A DNA stretch of 64,000 bases from Leucoraja erinacea (taxonomy: Eukaryota): assembly GCF_028641065.1 (NCBI RefSeq), contig NC_073387.1, positions 21,948,001 through 22,012,000 on the forward strand, given 5' to 3'. Below, piece after piece: positions 10,724 to 23,136 of the stretch. Each line of letters starts with the position of its first letter. Position 1 is the first letter of the stretch. The position numbers and the translations under genes were made by a program. The notes beneath the pieces are model-generated. The model was given only the letters and a program-made list of their open reading frames with translations, was not told the DNA's origin and did not search any database.

Positions 10724-13102
10724 TTAGGCCTGAGACGTGGGAGCGCCGCATGGCTTCAAGAAGAGGAAATCACTTTTCGCTGACTCTGGAGACAGGCAGA
10801 CCGAATATTGATGCGGTTCCGGCACGCGGACCACCCGGCCCGTCCCGGGATAGCGTAAAGTTTCCTCCATGATAGGTCTTCCATTAAGCGTGCCGTGCAA
10901 GTCTCCACGATTGTAACAATAATTGGGGGTGTTGTACCCTTGGATAATGCTTCTGTCCTGTTTACACTTGATGCCAATCAACAGAACGATGATCAGAAGA
11001 AAGACAACGGAAGTGCAACTGAATATGATGATTAAGTAAACATTTGGATCAGCGAAATATTCTGGATTTTTCATCAAGGTGCTGCTTTCGGTGATTCCTT
11101 CAGTACTGTTCTCCAAAACTCTTATGTTCATTGTAACTGTACTGGACAGGCTTGGCTGCCCATTGTCCTTCACCAAGATGACCAGAGTTTGTAAAGGATT
11201 ATCGGACTGCAAAATATTCCGTGCTGTTCTGATTTCGCCGGAATTTTGCCCAACGTTGAACAAAGTGGCATCGGTAGATTTCGTCATCTGGTAAAAGAGC
11301 CGCGAATTCTGACCAGAATCTGCATCGGTTGCCATTATTGTGGTGACCAAGTAACCTTGACGCGCTGACCGGGGCACGACCTCCGCTGCTGCTGATCCAC
11401 TCTCTTCTGAAGGTGAAACAATTACCGGCGCGTTGTCATTTTGATCCAGGATGATCACATTCACTGTGGCGCTGCTGCTTAATGGAGGCACCCCGGCGTC
11501 ACGGGCTTGTACTTTGATCTGGAAGTTTTTGAAATTCTCATAATCAAAGGAACGCAGCGCGTAAATCGTTCCATTTACGGGGTTGATGGTCAGGTAAGAG
11601 GATACCGGCAGGTTTTGGATGTGATTGTTCACAAAAGAGTAAGAAATATAGCCGTTCTGCTCCTGATCATCATCTAGTGCAGTTAATGCGAAAATTGATG
11701 CACCCGGAGCGTTATTCTCCATCACATAGACATTGTAGGAGGATGCAGCAAACCGCGGGGCGTTGTCGTTTACATCGGTGATAGCAATTCGGATAGTTTT
11801 ATTAGATGTCAGTGAAGGCGACCCCAAGTCCCATGCCGTAATTACTAATATATATTCAGAAATCACCTCACGGTCCAACGTTTCACTGGTAACCAATTTC
11901 GATGCTGCTTGTATTCTAAATGGGACGTTCTTCGGTATCTCGCAGTGGAATTGGCCGTTCTCTCCAGAATCACGGTCAATAATATCAATGAACGTTATGA
12001 GTGTTCCTAGTGGAGCATTTTCCGGAATTTTGTTGGAAGCTGATGTCACCTTAATCTCGGGTGCGTTATCGTTCACGTCAATGACTTTGATCAGCACATT
12101 TGCGTGTCCAGTAATTGCAGGTGAACCGTGGTCTACAGCTTGAATATCTAGAGAATAGCTAGTTGCTTCTTCAAAATCCAGCGGTCCTTCTACACGGATC
12201 TCCCCACTATCTGGGTCTAAACTGAACAAATTACGCGCTCTTCGCAAAGCAACATCACTAAAAGTGTACGTTAGCTCCGCATTCATTCCTTCGTCCGCGT
12301 CATTTGCATTGACTTTCATCACAATGGCACCTTGCCGAGCGTTCTCACTTAAGCTGCTCCTGTAAATATCATGATCGAACACTGGTGGATTATCATTAAT
12401 GTCCACTACAGTAATGAGAACCCGAGCTGTGGCTGATCTCTGAGGGATCCCACCGTCAACCGCTGCAAGCAAGAGTTGATATGATGATTGGACTTCTCGG
12501 TCTAAATATTTCTCTAACAGTAACTCGGCTACCATAATACCATCTTCTGTTGTATGCGTTTTTAGACTAAAGTGCTCATTGGAACTGATTGTGTAGGCGG
12601 TGACGGTATTTATTCCAATATCGGGATCTTCCGCGCTCTCAAGACGGAAACGTACTCCGGGTGCAATCGCTTCAGATATCTGCAAGGCGATGCTTCCGTC
12701 TCCGAAATTCGGAGGATTATCATTGATATCGAGAATCTCTACTTCCCCGCGGTACACCTCCAAAGGATTTTCCAGTATTGTTTTAAAATACATGGTACAC
12801 ATATCTGCATGCCTACAAATACGTTCCCTGTCGATTCTTTCATGAATAGATAATACCCCATTGTCTGAACCAACCTTCATGTACCGTCCTCCGTCATCAG
12901 AGCTTAGTCGTAACTTGCGAGCCGACAATTGCCGTACGTTCAGACCCAGATCTAGAGCGATATTTCCAACATAAGCGCCTTCTGCCATTTCTTCGCGAAT
13001 AGAATAACGAAGTTGCCCGGTAATTAGATCCGGTGCACATACCAGTAACATACACGCAAACACATTGCAGGCAAACCTCGTTTTTTGGTTTTTGTACGCC
13101 AT
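10724..13102 (-). CDS. Clustered protocadherin (gamma-C5-like), unit 2, 792 aa
   Basis: Signal peptide, six EC repeats (DRE, DxNDNxP, AxDxG motifs), TM (VYLIIIFSCTSVVFLLIIVLLIGI) and tail ending CLSPESAKSDFLFLKPCGAPTSQA. ATG at 13102 in ACAATGG context. Confidence 0.95.
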   Translation of the reverse strand: MAYKNQKTRFACNVFACMLLVCAPDLITGQLRYSIREEMAEGAYVGNIALDLGLNVRQLSARKLRLSSDDGGRYMKVGSDNGVLSIHERIDRERICRHADMCTMYFKTILENPLEVYRGEVEILDINDNPPNFGDGSIALQISEAIAPGVRFRLESAEDPDIGINTVTAYTISSNEHFSLKTHTTEDGIMVAELLLEKYLDREVQSSYQLLLAAVDGGIPQRSATARVLITVVDINDNPPVFDHDIYRSSLSENARQGAIVMKVNANDADEGMNAELTYTFSDVALRRARNLFSLDPDSGEIRVEGPLDFEEATSYSLDIQAVDHGSPAITGHANVLIKVIDVNDNAPEIKVTSASNKIPENAPLGTLITFIDIIDRDSGENGQFHCEIPKNVPFRIQAASKLVTSETLDREVISEYILVITAWDLGSPSLTSNKTIRIAITDVNDNAPRFAASSYNVYVMENNAPGASIFALTALDDDQEQNGYISYSFVNNHIQNLPVSSYLTINPVNGTIYALRSFDYENFKNFQIKVQARDAGVPPLSSSATVNVIILDQNDNAPVIVSPSEESGSAAAEVVPRSARQGYLVTTIMATDADSGQNSRLFYQMTKSTDATLFNVGQNSGEIRTARNILQSDNPLQTLVILVKDNGQPSLSSTVTMNIRVLENSTEGITESSTLMKNPEYFADPNVYLIIIFSCTSVVFLLIIVLLIGIKCKQDRSIIQGYNTPNYCYNRGDLHGTLNGRPIMEETLRYPGTGRVVRVPEPHQYSVCLSPESAKSDFLFLKPCGAPTSQA

Positions 13103-13344
13103 TGTTCCGCAGTCAGCTAATGTCCAAAACCACGCCTCTCGTCGGGTGATCCGTAAAAATGTTCTTACCACAAGATAAAGAAAATCACATATCTTGAAAG
13201 CCGTAAGGAAACACACGGTAAATCTATCCTTCTCTGCTTTATTCTGCCACCAAAACGCGGCCACTGCTCGCCTTTCTCGTCGCGTCTGACGTTTTTGTTC
13301 TGGGCAGTGGGAGGGGCAAAGGATCAATCTGTGCACTGGAGCTT

Positions 13345-13368
13345 CTCATTGGTAGACAGCGACACGAC
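13345..13368 (-). promoter_or_regulatory. Protocadherin promoter CSE (CGCT box)
   Basis: Same 24-mer as 2085-2108, about 256 bp upstream of ATG 13102. Confidence 0.85.
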
Positions 13369-15896
13369 AAGTTCTTTTCAATAACTACAGTTGTAATTCT
13401 TAAAGCTGGACTGCTCCCCTAAATATTTAACGGTCTACAATCATAACCCCCAATTCCTGCAAATAACGGTTCGATTTGTTTTCAGCATTTAACTTTGATA
13501 GTCAAAGCAGACACGTACTGAGGGCATTGTGCCCTGAAAATCCTTGTTACTATCTGAAAAGATCCATTCACTCAAAAGGATCATTCACTCTGCAACATAG
13601 GTTGGGGTCTTGCAATTAAGCTTTGACACGAAATATATTTATTTGGAAACCTCGTACGATTTTGTTCTTCACTGCTGGGGTCTATTAATGGAAGTTGCTG
13701 CGATCTAAAGCTAAATACACGGTGCTGGAGGAAGGCAGCGGGGGACGCAGCAGTTGCAATCAATCGAAGATGGGGCCTGACCCGGATCATTGACCGTCCA
13801 TTTCCCCGACCCACTGCGTTCCTCCAATACTTTGTGTTTTGAGAGAGGTTATTATTGTTCCCTTCATACTAAATAATCAACGGTAAATATTTCAGGAAAT
13901 ATTCTTTGTACTGTCACATGTCTTAAAGAATTGTAGTGTCACCTTTCTTAAAGTTTGATTTAGTGAATATATCGCTTTCAATGGTACCAACTGGTGAAGG
14001 AATGTTGCCTTTCAAGTACGTTGTTCATGGGAAAAGAATAGCCTGCTCCAAATCAAATAGAGTTGATTGTCAGGTGCATTTTTTACCAGCACAAAACAGA
14101 AAGTAAATTTGGATTGATTCTGTCAGGAGTTTCTGCATTTGTGTGCGCGTTTTAATTCAGAGAATCAGGCTGATAGAATGGGAAGCATCTGACAAATGTC
14201 AGTGGGAGGTTGGGCACAGGAATATTTGACGATTTGTGAATTCCTATTTACTTCGCGACCCTTTGTTTCATTGTGCACTTCTTCCAACTACGTTGTTCAT
14301 GGGAAAAGAATATCCCTTCGTGCAATTTACATATCAGCGGCTCATTGCCGCATTGATCCTCAGAGGTTGTGTATTGTATTATTTATACCACTAGATGTGG
14401 GCGTTCTTTCGAAATCACTTCGGCTGCAGAACGACACAGAATATGATTCAAGCCTCTATTGACCCAAGTTTGAAATCTCATCTATGAAGGAAAACAACAC
14501 AAATGGCTTCAAACATTCATCATGTCATAGATTATATGAGCAAAGAGAACAATTAAATGATTAGTTCTGGGTCCTTCTTCAGAATTGCAAAGCAATTAAT
14601 ATGTTTTAGTTTTCAATAGCAGTGTGAATGGGAAATGGAGGGTAGAACATATCAATATCTTTCAGAAGTTTAAACTAAATGGCATTCGCAGCGGCAAGAG
14701 TAGCAGTTGGGACAAGATTATATTAAGTTGCTCCTGCTGTAGGTTGCATGACGTTTCTGATTTCTGGGCTCTACAGACACACGATAATCAGTGAGAGGCA
14801 AGGTATTGCAGAGAGTTGAAGGACATAAGGATATTTTGGGGCTATAAGAAAATAGTGCTTTATAAATGGGAGCTTGGGGTGATATTTGCATATGGCACGC
14901 TTGCGCTCATCAACGTAGGTTAGGAATAAAATAGCTGAGATGTCCTGTTATGGCTGAACAAATCATTGCTTTGGCCGCATTTGAAGTATTGTGCACAGTT
15001 CTGGTCTGAACGCCATTGGTAGGCGAGCTGGAACTCCTGATTGCAACATTTTCAATTCCCATTCAAATACAATCTCTCTCTCCTCAGTTTACTCCATACT
15101 CAGAGGGAGGGCATATACAAACTGAAATGCCAGCACCCCATATTCCGCATGTGTGGCCTGCAATCCAAAGGCATGAACCTGCATTGTTCCAATTGTAGAT
15201 TACCGCCCACCCATCCCCTTCTCTTGCTGATCCACACGGGTCCCCACACTCACATCCTCTTCTACCCGTCGTACTGTTTCGCATGAGCCCTGCCTGCCCT
15301 AACTTCTATAGTTTCTTTCGTACATTCCCTTTTTATCGGATTCCACCATCTCGTTCTTCTTTTTCACATGTTAACTCCCGCCTATGTGACCATCTCCATC
15401 CGTTGTTTTCCATCTGCAAGCCAATTTTTCCTTGCCTGGATTCCACTTGCCGGCACTTGCCTCACCATTTTCATTTACCTCTTTCTACCAGCTAATACTC
15501 CCCTAGTCCGGATTGGAGGTGCGGGGCATCCTGAAACGTTATCTATCCATACCCCCAGCTCACTTCGCGGCCCACCTGTTTCCCGGTGAGTTTTCCGCCA
15601 ACTCAATTTATCTTACACAATATTTCAGCTTTCGCATCTTGTGTTTCTCATTCACTTATTATTTTCATTTCCGTCTTCTAAGTTTGTTATTTAGTTATTT
15701 GCCCTGTACCTATCAGCACTTCATATGGAATATGCTGACGTCGAATTTTTTAATCGTATTTTTTACTTTAGGCAAGTAAATAGATTTAGCATCCTTAATG
15801 TGACTGATCCAGCAGCAATGTATATCATCTGTACGTCGTTCAATAATAGGCAATATGCTTTCTTCTGAGTTGACAGATACCTCTCAGACGATGGGC

Positions 15897-15902
15897 TTTA
15901 TT
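15897..15902 (-). terminator. Candidate AATAAA for unit 3 (pseudogene)
   Basis: Same position relative to the exon end as in units 2, 8 and 9. Confidence 0.4.
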
Positions 15903-16062
15903 TGTTAAAAGTTATATATTCGTTACCATTACAACAAATGCACAATATAAAGGAAATCGAAAACATGCACAACATTTTCTTAAATATTTCACTCACGAAT
16001 TATTCATATGCCTCGAGAGTAAAATGACCACAAATAAGATGCGCCTTCCTTGAGCATACGCA

Positions 16063-18400
16063 TCAATAGGCCTGAGACGTGGGAGCGCCGCATGGCTTCA
16101 AGAAGAGAAAATCACTTTTCGCTGACTCTGGAGACAGGCAGACCGAGTAGTGATGCGGTTCCGGCACGCGGACAACCCGACCTGTCCTGGGATAGCGTAA
16201 AGTTTCCTCTATGGCAGGTCTACCATTAAACTATCGTGCAACTCTCCACCATTGTAACAATAACTGGGGGTGTTATACCCTTGGATAATACTTCTGTCCT
16301 GTTTACACTTGATGCCAATCAACAGAACGATGATCAGAAGAAACATAACGGAAGTACAGCTGAAAATTATGATAATGTACACATTTGGATCAGAGAAATA
16401 TACTGGATTCTTCACCAAGGTGCTGCTTTCGGTGATTCCTTCAGTGCTGTTTTCCAAAACTCGAATGTTCATTGTAACTGTGCTGGACAGGCTTGGCTGC
16501 CCATTGTCCCTGACCAAGATGACTATAGTTTGTACAGCAGTGTCGGACTGGAAAATATTGCGCGCATCTCCGGAACGTTGTCCGACGTTGTACAAACCGG
16601 GGTCGGTAGATTTCACTATCTGAAAAAAGAGCTGTGCGTTCTGACCAGAATCTGCATCCGTTGCCATTATCTTGCTGACCAAGTACCCTTGACCCGCTGA
16701 CCGGGGTACGGTATCCACTGCTGATGAGCCACTTTGTTCTGAAGGTGAAACTATTACCGGCGCGTTGTCATTTTGATCCAGGATGATCACATTCACCATG
16801 GCGCTGCTACTCAACGGAGGCACCCCGGCGTCACGGGCTTGAACATGGATCTGGAAGTTTTTTAGTTCCTCATAATCAAAGGAACGCAGCGCGTAAACAG
16901 AACCGTTTTGGATATGGTTATCGAGAAAGGAGTAGGAAATATAGGAATTTTGATCCAGATCAGGATCTGTTGCGGTTACTGTGGAAACGGACGCACCCGG
17001 AGCGTTATTCTCCATTATATATATATGTTGTAGGATGACTCTGCGAATTGTGGTTCGTCATCGTTAACGTCCGAAATTGCAATATGGATGGTTGTATTGG
17101 ATGAGAGTGACGGCGACCCCAAGTCCCAGGCTGAAATAAGAATGTTATACTCAGGGATGGCTTCACGGTCCAACGTTTCACTCGTGGTTAATTTATAGTT
17201 GTTCGATACCTTTTGCAGTCGAAATGGGACGTTCTTTTGTCTTAACTCGCAACGTACTTGACCGTTCGCTCCAGAATCACGATCCATCACATTAATCAGA
17301 CATATGAAACTACCTGGTGGCGCATTTTCCGGGATTTTGTTGCAAGGTGATGGTACCTTTATCTCCGGTGCGTTGTCGTTCATATCAGTGACTTTGATCA
17401 GTACTTTGGAGTGTCTTGTCATTGCAGGGGGACCATGGTCCTGGGCTCGAATATCCAGAGAATAGCTGTTTACTTGTTCAAAATCTAGAAGTCCTTTGAC
17501 TCGAAGCTCCCCAGTAACTGGGTCTAAACTGAATAATTTTCGCGCTCTTATCAAAGAAATATCACTAAAACAATACGTCAGCTCCGAATTCAGTCCTTCG
17601 TCCAAATCATTTGCTTTGACTTTCAGCACCAACGTACCCCGCGGCGCGTTCTCACTTACGATGCCTCTGTAAATATCATGATCGAACACAGGTGGATTAT
17701 CGTTGATTTACAATACAGTAATGATAATCTGAGCTGTGGCTGATCTCTGAGGGGTGCCACCATCAGTCGCCGTAAACAAGAGTTGAAATGATGATTGCTG
17801 CTCTCGGTCCAAAGATCTCCCTAACAGCAACTCGGCAATCAAAGTACCGTCTTCGGCTCTCTGTGTTTTTAGAATAAAGTGCTCACTGGAGCTGATTGTG
17901 TAAGCGGTCACGGAGTTTGTAACAATGTCGGGATCATCCGCCCCCTCGAGTCGGAAACGTACACCGGGTGCACTTGCTTCCGATATCTGCAAGACAATGC
18001 TGCTCTGCGGGAAAGTGGGGGAATTGTCATTTACATCAAGAATCTCCAATTCCCCGTGATACACCTCCAAGGGGGTTTCCAGTATTGTTTCGAAATATAC
18101 AGTGCATTTATCATTCTGTCCACAAATACGTTCCCGGTCAATTTTTTCACGAATAGACATGATTCCATTGTCCAAACTGACCTTCAGGTACCGCCCTCCG
18201 TCATCAGAGTTCAGTCGGAATTTGCGAGCTGACAGTTGCCGTACATTCAGGCCCAAATCCACAGCGATATTCCCAACAAATGCCCCTTGCACCATTTCCT
18301 CGGGAATAGAATAACGAATTTGCCCGGAGATTGGACCCGGTGCACATATCACAAACATGTAAGCAAATGCTGTGAGGGCAAACCTCCGTGTGTGCGCCAT
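16063..18400 (-). pseudogene. Full-length protocadherin pseudogene, unit 3
   Basis: Split into ORFs 17708-18400, 17015-17689 and 16209-17015. Lesions: in-frame TAA at 17708-17710 (VL*INDN), +2 (AT)n slippage near 17017-17026, 39-nt deletion near 16905, 9-nt deletion near 16566, -1 frameshift near 16232. Confidence 0.92.
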
Positions 18401-18617
18401 TATTCCGCCTCTCCTCGAGTAATCCGTGCAAATCGTCAAACCACGAAATAAATATTCACATATATTCCCAATACCGAATCGAAACAGACGGGAAATCTAT
18501 CCTCTTCTGCCTGTTTCGTCAATCAAAACGCACGCACTGCTCGCCTCTCTAAACGCGTCCGACGTTTTTATTCTGGGATATTGGAGGGACAATGGATCCA
18601 TCTCTGTACTGGAGCTT

Positions 18618-18641
18618 CTCATTGGTAGACAGCGACACGAC
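18618..18641 (-). promoter_or_regulatory. Protocadherin promoter CSE (CGCT box), intact upstream of the pseudogene
   Basis: Exact copy of the 24-mer, about 230 bp upstream of ATG 18400. Confidence 0.8.
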
Positions 18642-20582
18642 CAGTTCGTTTCAGCAACTGCAGCTGCAATTCTTAAAGCTGTACTGCTCTCCTATATATT
18701 TAATGATGTGCAACCATAAAACGTCCTCTTTAAAAATAAGTTTAAAGAAGGAATTTTCTTCCATTTAACTTCGAAAGTCGAGAGGGGGGTGTTCGTGAAT
18801 ATAATACTTTCAATTGGCCGATTGTTGAACCAACTTCCTGTTTAAAGTGATTGTTGTAGAAATATATCGTCACGCCCAGGTCAAGCCAAGTTTATTGACA
18901 CGTGCATGCATAGGCACGCAGAGGCACTGCTGCAATGTAAATCTTGCTTGCAGCAGCTTCACAAGCACATAACACAGCAGACCCCGACAGATATTGTAGG
19001 AAACATTGAAAATAGGTGTCGGTGTGAGGTTTTGCGCAGGAATTTAGGTGGATTTTTGTTTCTTATTTAACTTGAGATTTTCTGTTTCGATTTTCTGTAG
19101 TTTTTTCATTGGTTTTGTTAATGCAATTTGCAACTAAATGACCGAATTACGAACTAATCCGCAGATTTATTCTCATTTAAAATGAGCCCCAGTTAACACT
19201 AATCTCTTGGCACTACACTTACCGTGCAAAACGGCCTTTTCAGTGAACGTTAACAAGGTGGCCCAAAGCACTTGTAATGTTTTTAAGCAATTGGAGTTTC
19301 ATTTCTGCTGCTGGAGTTTGCAGTGAATGTTGAACGTCATACATGACCCAGGCAAAGTTTGAATGGGACACGTTTTCATGACGTAGAGGATATAATCTAC
19401 GTCTTCTTTAATTAAACGGAATGCATTGGTCATGTTCGCCATTGGTTGAAAATGTTCTGAATATATCTGAAGCCACACTTGGATGTCAATTGCACGTCAT
19501 TCTCAAGTTAGCGCTGGGTTTCACCTTTTATATTCCATTGCCAAACAAAGGTTTGCCGTGACTTAACCTCACGAAACTAGCAACAAAATTCTAATAGCAA
19601 TAAAATTAATAACAACCGAATAATTGTAATAAATTCTGAAAAAAATCCAAATCATCGCGAAACACTACAGGTGAGATTAGGGATAATTCCTTCCACCAAA
19701 CAAGAAGCATGCTGCTATCGCTATATGGCAATTGAATGACAAGCAGTCAGCTGTGGAACAACAACTGAAAATGCTGAAAACACTCATCGATTCAGATATC
19801 ATCCGAGGAAAGAAATACAATCAACGCTTCTGACCGTGGATCGTCTATCTGTGAAACTATGAAATATAAGTTCCTTTTCAGTAACAGCGAGTATGGGAAT
19901 TAAAGGAGAAAACAATAGAAATCTTTCTCAGAGGCAAGACCAAATAAATGTATATCCTGTAATCACCTCAATATAAGTGATCGGGGACAAATTGTTTCTG
20001 TGGTGTATGGCGAATAGGAAGGGAATGGGACATGTTCAGCTCATTGAACAGCTGTGGATTTTGGGTGAAAGCAATTTGTTCTTTAAAAATGAGAAGAGTG
20101 GCAGACAGGGTCGTGTAGAATGCATATGGCATGGCTGCCTCCCTAGGCAGCGGTACTGATTGTAAGAGTTGAGGTCTATTGTAGTTGAATAAAACATTGC
20201 TTGGGCTGGATTTGAATTATTGTGTGCACGTTATTGTGGTAAGCACAATATGTAAGTGATTGGGTTAAGCCAGAGTGGGAGCAGGCCACACTCCAAACAA
20301 CGTTGCTAGGATGGGAGGATTATATCATGAGGGGAGATTGTATAGGCCAGAACTGTATTCCCTGGATAGAACACAGCTGAGCGATGCTATGACCCAAACA
20401 CGGATACGGTAGATGGTCAACTATCCAAATGCAAGGCGCCCCAAAACTAGACGATGGGTTTTAGGATCAGAATGAGTACTTTTGAAGTCGAGCGGATGGC
20501 TAATCATTTCAGAACAAGGGAATATCGCATGTGGATTGAGATGACAGTCAGGTGGTGGAAACGGGAACAGGTAAGTATGTAA

Positions 20583-21192
20583 GAAGGAACTGCAGATGCT
20601 GGTTTAAACCGAAGATAGAGACAAAAACATGGAGTAACGCAGAGAGACAGGCAACATCTCCGGAGATAAGGAATGGGTGACGTTTCGTGTCGAGATCCCT
20701 TTTCAGACGTGTTAGAGACAAGGGAAACGAGAGCGGTAGACGATAATGTAGAGAGATGAAGAACAATAAATGAAAGATTTTGAAAAGAGTAACGACCATA
20801 AAGGCAACAGGCCATTGTTCGCTGTTTGATGGGTGAAAACGAGAAGCTTGTGCGACTTGGGTGGGGAGGAATAGAGAGAGATGGAATGCCGGCGTTACTT
20901 GAAGTTAGAGAAATCAATATTCATACCACTGTAAAGCTGTCCAAGCAAGATATGAGATGGTACTCTGCCAATTTACGTTTAGCCTCCCTCTGACAACGGA
21001 GGCGACTTGGGACAGTAAGGTCTGCGTCCGAAAGGGAAGGAGAATTAAAGTGTTTCCCAAGCGGGCGATCATGTAGGTTCAGGCGGACTGAGCGAAGGTG
21101 TTCAGCGAAACGATCGCCCAGAACCCATTCCTTCTCTCCAGAGATGATGCCTGCCCCGCTGAGTTACTCCAGTTTTTTGTGTCTATTTCAGC
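20583..21192. mobile_element. Penelope-like element remnant with inverted terminal segment and 11-bp TSD
   Basis: TAAGTATGTAA at 20572-20582 and 21193-21203. Segment 20615-20678 is the imperfect reverse complement of 21123-21186. Empty site visible in paralogous spacers near 29790 and 42860. The family assignment is inference. Confidence 0.7.
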
Positions 21193-22971
21193 TAAGTATG
21201 TAAACGGTACTTAATGGGAATGTGAATATGTGGGGAATTGATGGATACGGAATTAATGCGAGGGTGGAATTAATACAGATAAACATGATGGTCGGCGTAG
21301 ATGCGATGTATCGAATGGTTTGTTTCTATGACCAACACCTCGGCACTCAACAGCTCGGCACACAAGAGTGCAAGGTTAAACCGAAATGATAATATACAAC
21401 AGTGGCTTGTACATATGGAAGATTAGACCCTATTTTTCAAACTTGCGCCTTTGCTTTACCCTTGTTCCAACCGTGCTGGAAATCAAGGGGGGAAAAAGAT
21501 TAGCTAGCGTGAAATTGTGAATGAAAATGTTAAACAAACGGGGCGGAAACTGCTTAATTCCTGCAGATTATACCCACGTGTGCTACAATGCAATGGTACA
21601 ACCATCTTTCAGCGTCTCCAAAACAGTGTTACCACAGTGGGAAGACCAAAGACTTACATTATATTGGCGGAAGAGCAAGCAGATCATTGCTTCACCGGGA
21701 AGAATTTGCCGTCCTGTACGCTGGAAGTAAAAATGTAATTGGTAAAAGAACGAAAGTTACACGTTTTATGGTTTCATTGGAAACTAGCAAAGGATGGTGA
21801 GTGGCCGGTAAGGTCGGATGACTAGGATAGGGACTGATAGATGAGTGGTAATTTTGAACTGCTAAACAGGCAGGGTAGGGGAATCTATTCACAGTGACGG
21901 AATGTTGTTTAAATTGAGGTAATTTGTATTGAATGTGACGGTTTGTGAGTGGAAGATAACACATGGGGAAACCATGTACTTGTTCCATCCAGAGGGGCCG
22001 GGTAGTGAGATGTTGGGAACCGATCCCTTCCTGATTACTGGGCGTGTTTGTAGTAGATTACATAAAGCAAAAACACAATATGAACCGCACGGTTACACCT
22101 GCTACTACTTTCGCTCGTTTTTCTCCTCCCTTTCAGACACAATTCATTTATCCCATTAATAATCACCTGATCAATTAAATCCAAACTAAAGTGGTTTTAC
22201 TTGTTCCTCAGCACGCCAAACTGTCCGTTCCTCAACATAGAATGCTGCTGGTCCCCGCATGTGCAGCCCAACGTGCGCTGTGTTTCCAGTCCCTCTTTCC
22301 GTGCTCTCCACCATTTTAATAACTTACTCTTTTTTTGCCAATCCTCTTTTTTTACAATGGATGACGTCGCTTTGCATTTTTATTCCGCATCACGAAGACA
22401 TCGAGGCTTTCTGATTCATCTACAAATGGAGACTCAGCCTGTGCTATCCTCCGCAATAAGCAACTGCCAAAAAAACCCTCCTCACCTGGCCCCAACTACC
22501 ACTTGATATAATTTGGTCTAAGTCTTCCTCGTCCATTTCTAACAACAATGCAACTTTCCTGTGGTCATGGTGGGCTCGATACCAAACGTCATCTGCCTGT
22601 TTCAATCCACGGATGCTGCCTGACGCACTGAGTTCCTCCAGTCAATCGTGCTCATAATTACAACTTCTTTCATGAATTTCATATAAATGAGCTTAATTAT
22701 TTCCTTCATATGTTGATTATTATTAAAGTTCCATGCATATTTGTTGTACCAAGAACTATCAACAATCCGTCCAGAATGCATGGATACGGAGTCAATAAAC
22801 TCTTCAACGCAACATTCGCATGTTAACACTTCAGCTAAGTAAGTGGTTCCATGTACCCAGATCATTTATGATTGACTAAATGCAAACACGATTGTGCACA
22901 TTATCCAGTGACAAGCAGAAGGACTGCCTTCAGAAATGAAATTTGCAATTTCAAGATGATTTCATTCCACT

Positions 22972-22977
22972 TTTATT
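22972..22977 (-). terminator. Candidate AATAAA for unit 4
   Basis: About 160 nt downstream of the stop at 23137. Confidence 0.4.
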
Positions 22978-23136
22978 TTTTTCAATTACAACCGTACTCC
23001 CATTTAAGCGACAGAGAAAAACAATGCAACAAGGGTAAGTTTTCTAAACAATGCACTCGCACTGATTCACATCCTCCAGCAGCAATAAAATGGCCGCATA
23101 TAAATTGCCATTCTTCAATTTACGTACCAGTGTTAT

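Larger units (their letters stand above)
575..16500 (+). repeat. Segmental duplication, copy A (paralog of about 45490-61740)
   Basis: Colinear high similarity of exons and intergenic DNA, e.g. 5357-5641 vs 49874-50158, 10724-13102 vs 55961-58339, 15016-15500 vs 60277-60760. Offset drifts from 44914 to about 45244. Boundaries are approximate. Confidence 0.9.

Noticed and set aside
13103-13336. N-terminal extensions of Pcdh ORFs in the ORF track (also to 18439, 36571, 46770, 63802)
   Set aside because: They begin at GTG/TTG codons and are not conserved among paralogs. The conserved ATG in strong context directly precedes the signal peptide.
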